Positions 61,381 to 64,000 of a DNA stretch of 64,000 nt are shown here, in pieces (positions within the stretch are counted from its first letter, which is position 1; each line of letters begins with the position of its first letter). The stretch lies in the NCBI GenBank assembly GCA_028534125.1, contig CM052818.1, forward strand, positions 18,850,001-18,914,000. The letters are read 5' to 3'. Below the pieces are notes generated by a model. That model worked only from the letters and a program-made list of their open reading frames with translations, did not search any database and was not told where the DNA came from. The stretch comes from Lama glama (lineage: Eukaryota). The translations under genes and the position numbers were made by a program.

Positions 61381-62049
61381 AAATTCCCTTTGACAAAAAT
61401 AAAGTTAGAGTATAATTGCGAAGTATTGCTTTCAGGAAGGTATGTGACAAGAGGTATGGATATTGACTTTTTATCCCAAAGTCACTGCTGTACAGTTCCT
61501 ACTTCTGTTTATAATTATAATAAAATTAAAAGCTTGAAATATAAGTTCTACTAGTGCCTGGCATAGGATAAGTATTCATTTTCATTTGAGCATAGTTATA
61601 AGACTTTTTCAGATGAAAGTGACAGAATTCCTTTCTTTAAAAAAAAAACTTGGTTTTTACAGAGTTGACATAGTTTATCAAATTAATATATGATCCTTAT
61701 GAAACATAGAAACCAAAAAAAAAAAAATCCCCCCATTTAGGCCTACAACGAGTGACATTTGTTGAAGGTCTTTCAAGACATTCAATGTGCATGTAAGATA
61801 AGGAAGATAGTAAGTAGGTAGATATGTAAATATAGGTAGAGTGAAAAAGAGACTGATTGGTAGACAGAGATGGGAACCATACTCTACATGCCATTTTAAA
61901 ACAAACAAACAAAGAATAGCTTTGTACTTTAACGGAGTTAAAGGAAATTGAAGTGAAACTGTAAGAATTGCTGAACTTTAGACAAATGTTTCTTCACTAT
62001 GAAAGTTATTAGTTCCTAAATTTTTTTTAAGTTATGAAAACCACTGAGA

Positions 62050-64000
62050 GATTGGAATCATTATGTGAAAGATTTTTTAAAAAGTTCTCTTCTAGACTAT
62101 ATCTATGGATGCAAGATGAGTAAATTAGCACATTTATTCTTCCACTGTACTCTTGATTTTTGTGTTATCACTTACATTCTGTAACCATAATTTCCAGTTA
62201 TTTAACCTTAGTTTTGTATTTAAGTGAATTAAAATTTCTTCATTAATCCTTTTATAATGGCTTCCATATTCCCTATTCCTTTATTATTTTGATTTGATTT
62301 TTGTTGGTTGAGTTTCATCATCCAATTTTCTTTCCAAGCTTGATAAGTCATGTCCCATTTCTTTATATCTGAGGGATATCTGCCTGGTATAACCATTTTT
62401 TAATAAAGTTTGGCTGAATATAAAAAAAGTCTTTATCCCAACACAGATACACATAAAAGATTCTAATAAGTTGGAAGTTTATTGCTTTCTCACATAACAG
62501 AAGTACAAAGCTAACATGATGGCTCCATCAGGGACTCCTGATCTTTCCAGCTCATTGCTCTACCATTTCTTAGCGTATGGTCCTTGTCCTCATGGTCCAT
62601 CATATTCAGATTTCAGGCAGCAGAATGAAAGAAGGAGTCAAGGATAGGCCCCTACCTGTAAGGAGATTTCTCTGAAGTGGTACACAACATGTCTACTTAT
62701 ATTTTACTAGACAAAATTTAATTACATGACTGTGGGATATAGCCTTTTAGCTGATGGCAATTGTCTAGTTCAAAATCTGGGTTCTTAGTGTTAAGAAGGA
62801 AGGAAATCAATATAGAGAAATAACAAGCAACTTCTGCCTGCTGTACCTGGATGTAGAGTTTGGGGTTATGCTTTCATGTTCTCAAAACTGTGTAGTCATG
62901 CACCATTATCTTCAAGCATTTGAATATCACTTTGGCGATGTCTGAAATCAACCTAATTCTTTCCTCTTTGTAAGTAATCTGCCTTTTCTGCTTGGATTCC
63001 CATATGATTAGTTCTTTATCCTGGAAGGTGAATGATTTCTGTAAGATATTTTCTTGGTTTATCTTTCTATATCATTTTTTCCAAATATATGATATATCAA
63101 TTTGATTGCAGATTAAAGCCTTTATTTAAGGAAACATTTCTTCCATTATATTTTTAGATATTATTTCTATTACATTTCTATTTTTCAAGAAGGTGAATCT
63201 CATTTGTACACCTTCTCTATAAAATTTTTATATTTTTGTTTTTTTAATACATCTTTCTAGGCTGTTCCTTATGTCTTAATATGCTTTTACCACACTTTCC
63301 ACCATTCTTGGTTGTTTCCAACATAGCATTCATTTCAGAGATGTTTTTATTTTCTCTTTTTATTTCTTTCTCTACCAATCTGCTTTTATCTTCTTCTGTT
63401 GTATTTTTTAAAACCCCTGTAATATTCTTTGAGACCTATTTTTAGAACAATCATTTATGTTTAATACATTTTGTCCTTCTGATTATGTATTTTTTGATTA
63501 GTTTATTTTAAATAATGTAATAAACACCTGAAAATCTAACATGAAAACTAATTCCTTGAAAATAATCTGTATCTAACTATGTGGCTTCCGCACTGCATCA
63601 GAATGCCTCTCCACATCCAAAGTAAGCATTGTCCTGAGTCCTACATTCATCATTTGTTTGGTTTATTTTTATATTATGATATTGTGTCAATATGAATTCT
63701 TTAAAATGATTATATATGTAATATAATCACATATAATATAGTACAATATTCTTTATGCTGATTGTTTATAACTTTATAAATAGGGTACCATGTTGTATGT
63801 AAGGGACTCACTTTTTAACTCATGTTGTATTGCTATTATCCATCCATTTATAGTGTGTCATTGCAGTTCATCTGTTTTAGTTATTGTATAATATTCCATG
63901 GTGTGACTATGCCACAATTCATTTATCTCCTTTCCTGTTCATGGGCATTTGAATTATTTCCAGATTATTGTTATGTGAATGATGTTTCAATGAACTTTCT
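62050..64000 (-). mobile_element. Ancient L1M fragments with a nested MLT1J-like LTR (~62440-62840)
   Basis: T-rich degenerate L1; TATAATATTCCATGGTGTGACTATGCCACAATTCATTTATC near the window end; MLT-like GTTTATTGCTTTCTCACATAAC. Confidence 0.6.

Noticed and set aside
1..64000. CRISPR array, operon or prokaryotic defence system
   Set aside because: The sequence is mammalian, with no repeat-spacer structure and no dense coding content.

Overview
This is mammalian genomic DNA, most likely camelid (Camelus or Vicugna), judged from a Vic-1-type tRNA-derived SINE and repeated copies of one young L1 3' UTR family. It is not prokaryotic. I found no intact protein-coding gene, CRISPR array, rRNA or tRNA gene. 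The window opens in a CpG-island promoter (1-350), has a 500-N gap (31312-31811), and is largely interspersed repeats: L1, L2, MIR, MaLR/ERV LTRs, and hAT and Tigger elements. The main result is that the repeat-free islands on the minus strand contain about 20 exon relics, most with recognisable splice sites, running from about 58.2 kb down to about 5.2 kb. Translated, they match human STK31 (TDRD8) in colinear order: Tudor domain, helical/coiled-coil region, then an atypical kinase domain. They are full of stops and frameshifts and far too diverged to be the STK31 orthologue. The kinase-like module appears twice (25.9-15.9 kb and 10.8-5.2 kb). I interpret this as a long-dead, intron-containing STK31 paralogue (a candidate unitary pseudogene), with a dense transcription-factor motif cluster at its predicted 5' end. 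All STK31 comparisons are by eye against a sequence recalled from memory and need TBLASTN/GeneWise confirmation. Repeat family names are also from recalled consensus sequences, and many boundaries are approximate.
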